Source: an uncultured candidatus Porisulfidus sp. (GTDB lineage: Bacteria; Pseudomonadota; Gammaproteobacteria; Poriferisulfidales; Oxydemutatoraceae). Taken from it: 64,000 bases of DNA. The stretch lies in contig OZ244052.1 in assembly GCA_965215125.1 (NCBI GenBank), forward strand, positions 1,792,001 to 1,856,000, read 5' to 3'. The notes under the pieces were generated by a model that ran no database searches, had not been told where the DNA came from, and saw only the letters and a list, made by a program, of their open reading frames with translations. The position numbers and the translations under genes were made by a program. Of this stretch, positions 31,394 through 39,428 are shown piece by piece. The stretch's first letter is position 1, and the number at the start of each line of letters is the position of its first letter.

Positions 31394-32256
31394 ATGCCAA
31401 GGTACAATCATTTAATAGCGGCGAATATCACCTCGCTACAGCAAGCAGAAGCGTTAAGGAATTGGATAAAAAACCGCGAGTTCGAGAAATACGAATCAAC
31501 CGAATATGCGTTTAGTCATAAGGGAGGGCGGCCGAAAAATAAACTTTATAAATTCCTGCTTGCCGATATTAACCGTCAGGTTATTATGAAAGTTTCGTAT
31601 ATAAATAAACGCTATAAGTGGACGCGTCAACTTGAATTGATATTAAAGCATTATTTACAGGATGCCAACTACAAGGCTTTTCGTGGTTGCGAGAAAGCCT
31701 ATTGCCATAATCTGGCAGCACCCGAACCGTTTGCTTATTGGAGAAAGCGCGACAGTTTGACACAGGTTAAGAGTTATTTTTATACCAATATATAGAGGCA
31801 GACGCTTATGTAGAAGAGATATACGGGAAATTAGTAAGGGCAAGCGGTATCGATTCAAAGCAAAAAAGGGCATTGATAAGGCAAAAAATCATCAATGCGC
31901 TTAAATCCCTTCATCGGCAAGGCATACGACACGGAGATGTAGTGCTACATAATATGGTAATGTCTAGCGAAAACACAGATGATTTATCAAGCGCAAGAGT
32001 TTATTTTATAGATTACGACAGAGCTTCTTTTGCTAAAATCAAATACCCGGCTTTTATTAGAAGATTCTTTGATCTGAAGGATTTCCGCAAAATGACAATA
32101 GACGATGTCTCACATTACGATATGCTCAGGCTTTATTTAGGAAGCGAGTACCACGCTTGGTGGAATATAGTATTAGCTTTTTGGCGGTGGGGAGGATTTA
32201 ACCTTTTCCAATGGAGTAATCCCGATACCCGTCAAATTAAAAACCACATGAGATAA
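31394..32256 (+). pseudogene. Frameshifted paralog of the LPS-kinase-like gene (ORFs 31394-31795 + 31873-32256)
   Basis: Adding one T to the T5 run at 31777-31781 (T6 in the paralog) gives KSYFLYQYIE...LHRQGIRHGDVVLHN...FIDYD as one frame. Confidence 0.75.
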
Positions 32257-32282
32257 AAAAACCGCCGCACTAAGGCGGCGGT
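32255..32282 (-). terminator. Intrinsic terminator of porin A
   Basis: Hairpin ACCGCCGC-N6-GCGGCGGT followed on the minus strand by a T-run. Confidence 0.8.
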
Positions 32283-32347
32283 CTCGTGCTATCTCTAGCA
32301 CTTGGTCATTCAATCAAATTTCATCCGTGAAATTTGTGTACGATTTT

Positions 32348-33670
32348 TTAGTCGAACCAGTGCACTATACCGACGGCGAACATTTCTATATTTTCGCCTT
32401 CACCAACACCACCGCTATTAATACCGAAGTCATAACCGGCATTGTCTTCGTTGCTAACCTCGGAATAGGTGGCACGCAATTCGGTACCTGCCGGCATCGT
32501 GTAGAACACACCGAGATTAATTGCGTCTGCATCGGTGTCTCGCTCGGCTGCTGCCGTACAAACATCGGCATCACAATCCCACTCGTCTGCATCCATATAC
32601 GAGAAGCGGAAGTCTATACCGTTGCCGAAAGCATGCTTGCCGGAAATCATATAGGCATCGCGTTCCACACCTGTCCAGATAGGAGCATTTGTGACATCAA
32701 TAGCGGGTGAACCCCCACCAATGCCGATAGTACAACTTGCATTGTACTCCAGTTCTTCATACATCGCTGCAATCCAAGTGGATTGACCGTTGCCCCAATC
32801 AAACTTATAGCGACCGGCGAGGCGATAACCTTCGTCGTCCGAGTCGGTACAACCCAAGTCTGCTCCAATATTAACTGCACTGACATCTTCGTGTTGCTCG
32901 TAAGCGGCAGCAACCCAAATTTGGTTGTTGCCCATATTGTGTTGATAGGCAACACCGGTGGACATGATGCGGGGATCGACATCTGCGCCGTTGAGATTGC
33001 TATCAACACCTTGAGCTTCAATCCCGTCTCCGGAGGTAATAGCAAAGCGAAACTGGAAGCCGTCTCGGGTTTGACTTGCCATCGCCGAAGTATTGGGCCA
33101 TACATATTGTACGATACCCTCTTGACGACGGTTAAACGCTAATGTGCCAAATGCCTTTGAAAAATCACTATCTTTATCAAAGCTACCGTTGTAGAACAAT
33201 GAACTCAGCCCACCACCGGAGCGCGGTGTGTTACCACCGATATTGCCCATAATGCTGGTGTGCGAATCGGCACCGGCATCGTAGAAAGGATCTACCCACT
33301 GGGCAACGATCTCGTTATACGGAAGCAACCATTGACCGACCATGATTTCACCCATTGTTTCATGGCGAAGGCTGAGTTTGGAGTTACGGTTACACCAGTT
33401 AGTGTATTCGTTAAAGCGTCCCCAATAGGTAAATTGTTCGCAACGAAAACCGACTTGCAAACCTTCAATCCCGGTATCCATATGCGCCATGAAACCGATA
33501 TTTGCAGCATTGTTGCTCAAGCGATCGAAATCGCGAGCACCGTTGTCAACGAACTCATACGACCAGTTTTGCCAGCCGTATATGTTAATATTCTCAGCTT
33601 GAGCATTGGCAAACGGTACTGCTGCCATCGCAAAACCTACAAGAGAGATTATCAGTTTGTTACTCTTAAG
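32348..33670 (-). CDS. Gram-negative porin A, apparently the silent cassette (lacks own ATG/RBS)
   Basis: Signal peptide LKSNKLIISLVGFAMAAVPFANA, NIYG N-terminus, RNSKLSL..GEIMVGQW, C-terminal GIVHWFD; only an RBS-less GTG (33703) upstream. Confidence 0.8.
   Translation of the reverse strand, partial: LKSNKLIISLVGFAMAAVPFANAQAENINIYGWQNWSYEFVDNGARDFDRLSNNAANIGFMAHMDTGIEGLQVGFRCEQFTYWGRFNEYTNWCNRNSKLSLRHETMGEIMVGQWLLPYNEIVAQWVDPFYDAGADSHTSIMGNIGGNTPRSGGGLSSLFYNGSFDKDSDFSKAFGTLAFNRRQEGIVQYVWPNTSAMASQTRDGFQFRFAITSGDGIEAQGVDSNLNGADVDPRIMSTGVAYQHNMGNNQIWVAAAYEQHEDVSAVNIGADLGCTDSDDEGYRLAGRYKFDWGNGQSTWIAAMYEELEYNASCTIGIGGGSPAIDVTNAPIWTGVERDAYMISGKHAFGNGIDFRFSYMDADEWDCDADVCTAAAERDTDADAINLGVFYTMPAGTELRATYSEVSNEDNAGYDFGINSGGVGEGENIEMFAVGIVHWFD
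33654..33670 (-). repeat. Left 17-bp inverted repeat (putative crossover site)
   Basis: AGTTTGTTACTCTTAAG is the exact reverse complement of 34995-35011. Confidence 0.9.
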
Positions 33671-33838
33671 CCTTTTAATATGTGGCAAGGTTGAATAAGA
33701 CACTGTGTGCCGCTGACAGAGGCATTATCTTTTTCTTACAAGGCAATAACATAAGTATAATAAGAAAGCATTTGCCTAAGGCGATTTATACAAATGAGGT
33801 TGTTTAGCCTTAAGTTTACTAATAAAAAGGACGATTAT

Positions 33839-34813
33839 ATGAGAGAAAAAACTATAGAGATTATGGAAAGATCCGGGCATACCGTCTCGGAGATGATAGA
33901 CCGCTATATTAAAGAAGTCTCAATCATTCTCCCCAACACCGTAAAAAATCAAGGCAGTCATCTGAAGTGGTGGCAACAAGAAATAGGACATTATCATTTG
34001 AGCAGTGTGAGACCTGCGGTGTTGATTGAATACCGAAAAAAATTATTATGCGAGGTATCCTGCCGAGGGAAACCTCGTTCTACGGCGACGGTTAATCGTT
34101 ATTTTTCTACATTGGGTCGTGTTTTTGCCGTTGCGATAAAAGAATGGGAATGGATGGAAAGTTCGCCGTTGCAGAATATCTCCAAGCTGGAAGAGCCTGT
34201 CGGGCGCACTCGTTTTTTATCCGAGCAAGAAATCAGCCGCTTGTTAGATGCGTGTGCCTCTCTGAACCATCAAGATTTATATACTGCGGTTGTGTTGGCG
34301 TTGAGCACTTGCGCTCGGCGTATGGAGATTATGTCTCTGCATTGGCAACAGGTAGACCTTGAGCTTGGCGTTATCCATTTGCATAAAACTAAAAACAAAA
34401 CCAGCCGCGCTGTTCCTTTGCAAGGTTATGCGCTTGAGTTAATTCGTGCAAGGTATCAGCCGTCGGTCGCTCCGTCGGCATTGGTATTTCCCAGCCGCTT
34501 AAAACCTAATCAGCCGGTTAGTCTCAGAGCATCTTGGGAGAAGGCGTTGTCGTTATCGGGCATAAAAGATTTTCGTTGGCATGACTTAAGGCATACCGGT
34601 GCCTCATACCTCGCAATGCAAGGTGCCTCTTTGGCAGAACTATCCGAAATACTAGGACATAAAACATTGCAAATGGTCAAGCGTTATGCACATCTTTCCT
34701 TACCACATACGATTCAAATCGTCGCCAGAATGAATCAAACCCTTTTTGAAAATTCGGTTAAAAGTAACAAATGGCTTAAAGACCAGCAAAATTCTTATAA
34801 ATCTAGCAAATAA
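33839..34813 (+). CDS. Tyrosine recombinase (integrase/Rci-like), putative invertase
   Basis: Complete catalytic set: TCARRMEI (R), KTKN (K), WHDLRH (H-x-x-R), LGH (H), VKRYAH (Y); SAM-like TVNRY..L..VF..A..EW; AAGGA RBS before ATG 33839. Confidence 0.9.
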   Translation: MREKTIEIMERSGHTVSEMIDRYIKEVSIILPNTVKNQGSHLKWWQQEIGHYHLSSVRPAVLIEYRKKLLCEVSCRGKPRSTATVNRYFSTLGRVFAVAIKEWEWMESSPLQNISKLEEPVGRTRFLSEQEISRLLDACASLNHQDLYTAVVLALSTCARRMEIMSLHWQQVDLELGVIHLHKTKNKTSRAVPLQGYALELIRARYQPSVAPSALVFPSRLKPNQPVSLRASWEKALSLSGIKDFRWHDLRHTGASYLAMQGASLAELSEILGHKTLQMVKRYAHLSLPHTIQIVARMNQTLFENSVKSNKWLKDQQNSYKSSK

Positions 34814-34862
34814 AATGTGTTGCTAAAAAACAACACTATTTGCCAAAATAGTTATTTTTTTA

Positions 34863-34891
34863 TTGAATTATTGATTAGACAAAACTATAAT
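34863..34891 (+). promoter_or_regulatory. Sigma70-type promoter inside the invertible segment, pointing at the porin start
   Basis: TTGAAT (34863-34868), 17-bp spacer, TATAAT (34886-34891); RBS AAAGGAG at 34974-34980. Confidence 0.7.
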
Positions 34892-34988
34892 CTATCCAAA
34901 TTTAAGTAAATCTAGTGTTGTTTATATGGTACTAACTAAGTCATTAGCTATTCTGTTCACAACACATTAACATAAAGGAGAAAATTTT

Positions 34989-36587
34989 ATGAAACTTAAG
35001 AGTAACAAACTTATGCTTTTTCTGGTCGGACTGGCGATGGTAGCAATGCCGTTTACTAATGCTTCCGCCGATGCCCATGGCGAGGCTTTTAACATCTACG
35101 GCTGGCAAAACTATTCGTACGAGTATGTTGAAGCAGATCGGACCTTTGAGAACAATAACTACTTCATTCCTGGTGCAGAAGACGAAAGAGAGTTTGATCG
35201 CATTCAAGGTAATGCGGCAAATATCGGCTTCATGGCGCACATGGATACCGGTATCCCGGGTTTGCAAGTCGGTTTGCGTTGTGAGCAATTTACATTCCAC
35301 AACCGATTTACTTCGTCGGGTTGGTGTAATCGTAACTCTAAAATCAGTCTTCGTCATGATACGATGGGTGAGATTATGCTCGGTCAGTGGCTATTACCGT
35401 ATAACGAGATCGTTGCCCAGTGGGTAGACCCCTTCTATGACGCAGGTGCCGATTCGCATACCAGCATTATGGGTAACATTGGTTTCGGAGGTGTCTTCTA
35501 CAATGGTGGTACTTTCCCGTTGGGTACAGGCACGGACTTTAGTTATGAAGGGCTATACGCGCTGAGCTTCAATCGTCGCCAAGAAGAAATCGTCCAGTAT
35601 GTCTGGCCGAACACTTCGGCAATGGCAAGTCAAACCCGAGACGGCTTCCAGTTCCGCTTTGCGATGACGACAGGTGTCAATGACGATGCGCACCTTGATC
35701 GTGTGAATGCATTCACAGGTGTTGATGGTCCGGATGGTTATAACGATCCTTATTGGAGTATCGGAGGAACGGATGGCTTCAGAGACTCTCCGTACACATT
35801 AGATCCGCGTATTTGGTCAACGGGTGTGTCTTATCAGCATAACATGGGTAGCAACCAAATTTGGGTTGCGCTTGCCTATGAAAAGCACGAAGACATCACC
35901 GCACTGGAACTCTCTCGTCCTATTGACTTCCCAGCTGAATCGTATGGTGCCGCCACTTTCTGCGAAGACTCGGATGACGATGCATACCGCATTGCCGGTC
36001 GTTACAAACACGATTGGGGCAACGGTCAATCTACTTGGATTGCGGCCATGTTTGAACAATTAGAGTATGATGCGAGCAATTGTCAAATTCGTAGAGAGTC
36101 CGATGGGACTTTCCACGATCATCGCACACTTTGGGACGATGTAGAACGGGATTCCTTCATGATTTCCGGCAAACATACCTTCGGCAACGGATTTGATGTC
36201 CGCTTCTCGTATATGGATGCCGATGAATTGGAGTGTCCCGGTGGTGTATGCGGTGAACCAGGATTTTATGGTGAGTATAGTGGTTTTGGCCAGGTAACGC
36301 CAGGTACGCGCAACAGTCCAGCTAATGGTAATACTCAGTTTCAAGCTCGCCAAGCTAACAATACCTTTTCCGACAATAATACCGACGCCCAGGCTTATAA
36401 CGTTGGCGTGTTCTACACAATGCCGGCAGGTACCGAGCTACGGCTAACCTATTCAAAAGTAGACAACGAAGATAATGCAGGCTACGACTTCGGTATCGGT
36501 AGCACCAACCTATGGAATGTAACCGATGACAATCAAGATGAAGATGTAGAGATGTTCGCCATCGGTATAGTCCACTGGTTCGACTAA
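34989..36587 (+). CDS. Gram-negative porin B (cassette currently joined to promoter/RBS/ATG)
   Basis: MKLKSNKLMLFLVGLAMVAMPFTNA signal peptide; colinear with porin A but with longer loops; ends GIVHWFD. Confidence 0.85.
   Translation: MKLKSNKLMLFLVGLAMVAMPFTNASADAHGEAFNIYGWQNYSYEYVEADRTFENNNYFIPGAEDEREFDRIQGNAANIGFMAHMDTGIPGLQVGLRCEQFTFHNRFTSSGWCNRNSKISLRHDTMGEIMLGQWLLPYNEIVAQWVDPFYDAGADSHTSIMGNIGFGGVFYNGGTFPLGTGTDFSYEGLYALSFNRRQEEIVQYVWPNTSAMASQTRDGFQFRFAMTTGVNDDAHLDRVNAFTGVDGPDGYNDPYWSIGGTDGFRDSPYTLDPRIWSTGVSYQHNMGSNQIWVALAYEKHEDITALELSRPIDFPAESYGAATFCEDSDDDAYRIAGRYKHDWGNGQSTWIAAMFEQLEYDASNCQIRRESDGTFHDHRTLWDDVERDSFMISGKHTFGNGFDVRFSYMDADELECPGGVCGEPGFYGEYSGFGQVTPGTRNSPANGNTQFQARQANNTFSDNNTDAQAYNVGVFYTMPAGTELRLTYSKVDNEDNAGYDFGIGSTNLWNVTDDNQDEDVEMFAIGIVHWFD
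34995..35011 (+). repeat. Right 17-bp inverted repeat (putative crossover site)
   Basis: CTTAAGAGTAACAAACT, codons 3-8 of porin B. Confidence 0.9.
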
Positions 36588-36626
36588 ACCGTCCAATTAA
36601 GAAAAACATACAGACACGGATGTCTC

Positions 36627-36670
36627 GGGAGCTTCCCTCCAATCGGAGGGAAGCCCTCCACTAATTTTTT
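36627..36670 (+). terminator. Intrinsic terminator of porin B
   Basis: Hairpin GCTTCCCTCC-AATC-GGAGGGAAGC with a T-run about 11 nt downstream. Confidence 0.65.
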
Positions 36671-36833
36671 CGACCTCTAGTTTATCGAAAAACCCGCTTT
36701 TCAGGTAGCCTTAAAAGTGGGTTAATGTCACTAGACTACCAGAACTAAACCGGTATTAACGAAAAAACAAATTGAAACAATTAACCAAATAAACGAATCC
36801 TCAATGCATACGCCTTGATAGTACTCTACCGCA

Positions 36834-37088
36834 TCATAAAAACTTTATCATCAATCCGACACCGGCAAGGATTATTCCTACAGCCCCATACATCTGTCTC
36901 GTTAGTCTAGTCTCTAGGGTTGCCATTTTTTCTATTACTCTAGCCTCTAGGTTTGCTATCTCTGCTTTTATGTATTCCTTCGTAGCTACTTCCTTTGAAC
37001 TCGCAACATCGGCAACCGCCTCCTTTGCTTCAGCATCGGATACGCCGTTTATCTTTCTCAATGTGTTATACAAGGCAATCTCGGTCAT
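36834..37088 (-). CDS. Small coiled-coil protein with C-terminal TM (DUF1640/CCDC90-like)
   Basis: MTEIALYNTLRKI..VSD.EAKEAVADVASSKEVATK, LETRL, hydrophobic tail. Confidence 0.65.
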   Translation of the reverse strand: MTEIALYNTLRKINGVSDAEAKEAVADVASSKEVATKEYIKAEIANLEARVIEKMATLETRLTRQMYGAVGIILAGVGLMIKFL

Positions 37089-37201
37089 CTCTATTTACTA
37101 CTTTTATTGTTTATCGTAAAACTCTAAATTTATCACATAATTGATAAGGTGGGACATTTATCAAACTACCCTAATCCCGCAATAGGGTATGAAAATCTGT
37201 C

Positions 37202-37237
37202 AGCACCAAAGTATTTCTCAAAGGCCCTCTCCAATGA
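37202..37237 (+). pseudogene. Relic 3' end STKVFLKGPLQ*
   Basis: Near-identical to the 3' end of the minus-strand relic ending at 37832. Confidence 0.5.
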
Positions 37238-37383
37238 ATAATTATGGGGCTGTTGAAAAAGTGCCGTGATTGGTAATTTTCGGTAGGTAGGTCCATCCAA
37301 AAGTTTTTAGGGACTTCTTGTGCGGTTTTGACCGCCTGTTGGGTGCCTTGGCAGATAATCTTGTCTTTACAGGAACCTTATCA

Positions 37384-37641
37384 TCAAAGATACTTTATAA
37401 TTCCGACAATCGCCAAACCAATACCTATCAGCTTCCAAGTCATACGCGTCTCTAAATTCGCTATATCAGCTTTGGTCGCCATATCTTTGATATCTGCTTT
37501 CGTTTCTGCTTTTAGTTCTATTATATCTGCCTTAGTTGCTACTTCCTTTGAACTCGCAACATCGGCAACGGCTTCCTTTGCCTCGTCATCGGACACTTCC
37601 GGTATCTTTCTTAATGTGTTGTATAACGCGATTTCTGACAT
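37384..37641 (-). CDS. Small coiled-coil protein with C-terminal TM (DUF1640/CCDC90-like)
   Basis: Paralog of 36834-37088 with repeated TKADI units; AGGAG RBS. Confidence 0.65.
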   Translation of the reverse strand: MSEIALYNTLRKIPEVSDDEAKEAVADVASSKEVATKADIIELKAETKADIKDMATKADIANLETRMTWKLIGIGLAIVGIIKYL

Positions 37642-37831
37642 CTTTATCTCCTATATTTATAATACCTGTTATTATAGCAATTATAACTGAGAAATTGTAA
37701 CTGTAGAGAGGACACATTTGGTGATTTCTCGTAGGCAGTCTAGGTCATCTAAAAGTTTTTAATGGAAAACAATTCCACATAGCCAGCCACCATGTAGTAA
37801 TGTCGGGCTGTTGAAAAAACGCTATGATCAT

Positions 37832-38067
37832 TCATTGGAGAGGACCTTCGAGAAATACTTTGGCGCGTATCATCAAAGCCGGGCGAGTAGTATAAATTCG
37901 TCTTGGCGAGTTAACTTATTCGTCATATCCCCGCCTATCCGTATAGGTTCCTCTCACACGAAATATACTACTCTCTTCTACTAAAGGAAATGTTTCACCT
38001 CCTACCGATACGCTAGAACCCGATATTACATGCGGCGTTTCGATAGCTCCGTCAATATTCATCCAGT
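37832..38067 (-). pseudogene. IS-truncated 3' relic of a probable surface-protein gene ending IRAKVFLEGPLQ*
   Basis: Single frame WMNIDGA...FRVRGTYTDRRGYDE*VNS...IRAKVFLEGPLQ* with one internal TAA (37916-37918); starts at the IS boundary. Confidence 0.6.
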
Positions 38068-38108
38068 TGACGTTACCCCATTTTTAGGACCACTTGCAAA
38101 GTCAGTTT

Positions 38109-38930
38109 TCATACTATTGCCTCCGCAAATACACTCGGAGGTTGATAACCCAATGCACTGTGCGGACGGACTTCATTATAATCTATGCGCCAGTCTTCTA
38201 TAATCTCTCTTGCTTCTTTTATTGAACGAAACCAGAATTGGTTCAGGCAACCATCTCGGAACTTACCGTTAAAACTTTCTACAAAGGCATTCCGGGTCGG
38301 TTTGCCGGGTTGAATAAAGTCCAATTCCACCTGCCGGTCTCGGCTCCAGTGGAACATCGCCTTGCATCTAAACTCGGTGCCATTGTCGCAGACGATGCGT
38401 ACCGGCTTTACGCCGAGCCATTCTATCAATTCGGATAGATAGTTTGCTACGCGTTGGCCGGTAATTGAAACATCAACAATCTGCCCGACACATTGACGGC
38501 TGGAGTTATCTACTATGTTCAATACCCGAAAGTATCTGCCGTCGCTGAGCTGGTCATGCACAAAGTCCATTGACCAGCACTCATTCACCCTAGCCGGTGT
38601 TGTCGGCACGCAACGCGGATGACATAGCTTATTGCGCTTTCTCTTCGGCACTTGCAGTCCTGCTTCTTTGTAGATGCGGTGAACCCGTTTTTTATTCACC
38701 ACAAAGCCTGCCTCTCGTAGCAAACGGTAGAGTAGCAAATAGCCATAGCGTGGATACTTGCTTGCCAACTCGCACAAGCGACTTCTAATCTCCGCATCAC
38801 AACGCGGCTGTGTTCGATAGTGATAACTACTACGGCTTATCCCGACCAGCTCGCAACTACGCCTCTCACTCAAACTCCAGTGAGTATTCAGCTCTGCAAC
38901 AACGCTTCTTTTGCTTGCCGGGGTCACCAC
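38109..38930 (-). CDS. IS3 transposase OrfB (DDE/rve domain)
   Basis: WSMDF, CDNGTEF, PGKPTRNAFVESFNGKFRD, YNEVRPHSALGY. Confidence 0.93.
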   Translation of the reverse strand: MVTPASKRSVVAELNTHWSLSERRSCELVGISRSSYHYRTQPRCDAEIRSRLCELASKYPRYGYLLLYRLLREAGFVVNKKRVHRIYKEAGLQVPKRKRNKLCHPRCVPTTPARVNECWSMDFVHDQLSDGRYFRVLNIVDNSSRQCVGQIVDVSITGQRVANYLSELIEWLGVKPVRIVCDNGTEFRCKAMFHWSRDRQVELDFIQPGKPTRNAFVESFNGKFRDGCLNQFWFRSIKEAREIIEDWRIDYNEVRPHSALGYQPPSVFAEAIV

Positions 38931-39187
38931 TTTTTTGATAGCACATCCTTGAGGGCGGTGATTTCTAGTAATTGCTCGCCGAGTAGTTTCTTGAGTCGGT
39001 TATTCTCCGATACAAGGTTCTTTAATCGCTTGGCGTCATTGACTTCTAACCCGGCATATTTGCTACGCCAGTTGTAAAAGGTGCCATGCGCTATACCGAG
39101 TTCTCGGCAAATATCCTCTATCGTGCGACCTGCCTCATGTGATTTGACCGCACCGATAATTTGCTCTTCTGTATATCGTTTCTTCAT
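38924..39187 (-). CDS. IS3 transposase OrfA
   Basis: HTH ICRELGIAHGTFYNWRSKY; ends LSKKW at the slippery site. Confidence 0.93.
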   Translation of the reverse strand: MKKRYTEEQIIGAVKSHEAGRTIEDICRELGIAHGTFYNWRSKYAGLEVNDAKRLKNLVSENNRLKKLLGEQLLEITALKDVLSKKW

Positions 39188-39304
39188 TTTGAAACCTCCT
39201 GTTGTTTACTAATTTAACTGGAAATCTCATCTTTGTCATGGCCCAGTTTTGGGGAGAATGTCAGATTTTTATACTTTATTGCGGAATTAGAGATCCCCAA
39301 TAGC

Positions 39305-39333
39305 TTTACATTTTTTTTTTTCTCTGATAAACT
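39305..39333 (+). promoter_or_regulatory. Putative sigma70 promoter with T11 tract in the spacer
   Basis: TTTACA (39305-39310), 17-bp spacer T11-CTCTGA, TAAACT (39328-39333) with TGn extension; AAGGAG RBS before ATG 39429. Confidence 0.6.
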
Positions 39334-39428
39334 TGAAGAAAGATAAAAATTTAAACAATTGACTGATCTCTTGTTGTATTAATTTTTAACCTTATTTTGA
39401 TTATCTAAATTTATAAGGAGACCCTCTA

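Larger units (their letters stand above)
33654..35011. other. Putative invertible DNA segment (recombinase + promoter + RBS + ATG-AAA)
   Basis: Bounded by perfect 17-bp inverted repeats lying in frame within both porin signal-peptide sequences. Confidence 0.75.
38068..39263 (-). mobile_element. IS3-family insertion sequence (IS407-group-like), apparently complete, 1196 bp
   Basis: Imperfect TIRs TGACGTTACCCCATTTT / TGACATTCTCCCCAAAA; orfA and orfB overlap with an A6G -1 frameshift motif; no target duplication seen. Confidence 0.92.

Noticed and set aside
33671-33703. GTG start (MSYSTLPHIKR) for porin A as given by the ORF track
   Set aside because: No RBS, and homology to porin B starts exactly at the 17-bp repeat; treated as an incidental open frame, though weak expression cannot be excluded.
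33839-34813. Recombinase as a prophage/ICE integrase or integron integrase
   Set aside because: No phage or conjugation genes, adjacent tRNA, direct att repeats or attC-like cassette array seen; the flanking sites are inverted repeats, which fits inversion.
37202-37866. ~36-bp inverted repeat as a second inversion site around the DUF1640-like gene
   Set aside because: Imperfect, unrelated to the 17-mer, and better explained as two convergent gene ends encoding KVFL(E/K)GPLQ*.
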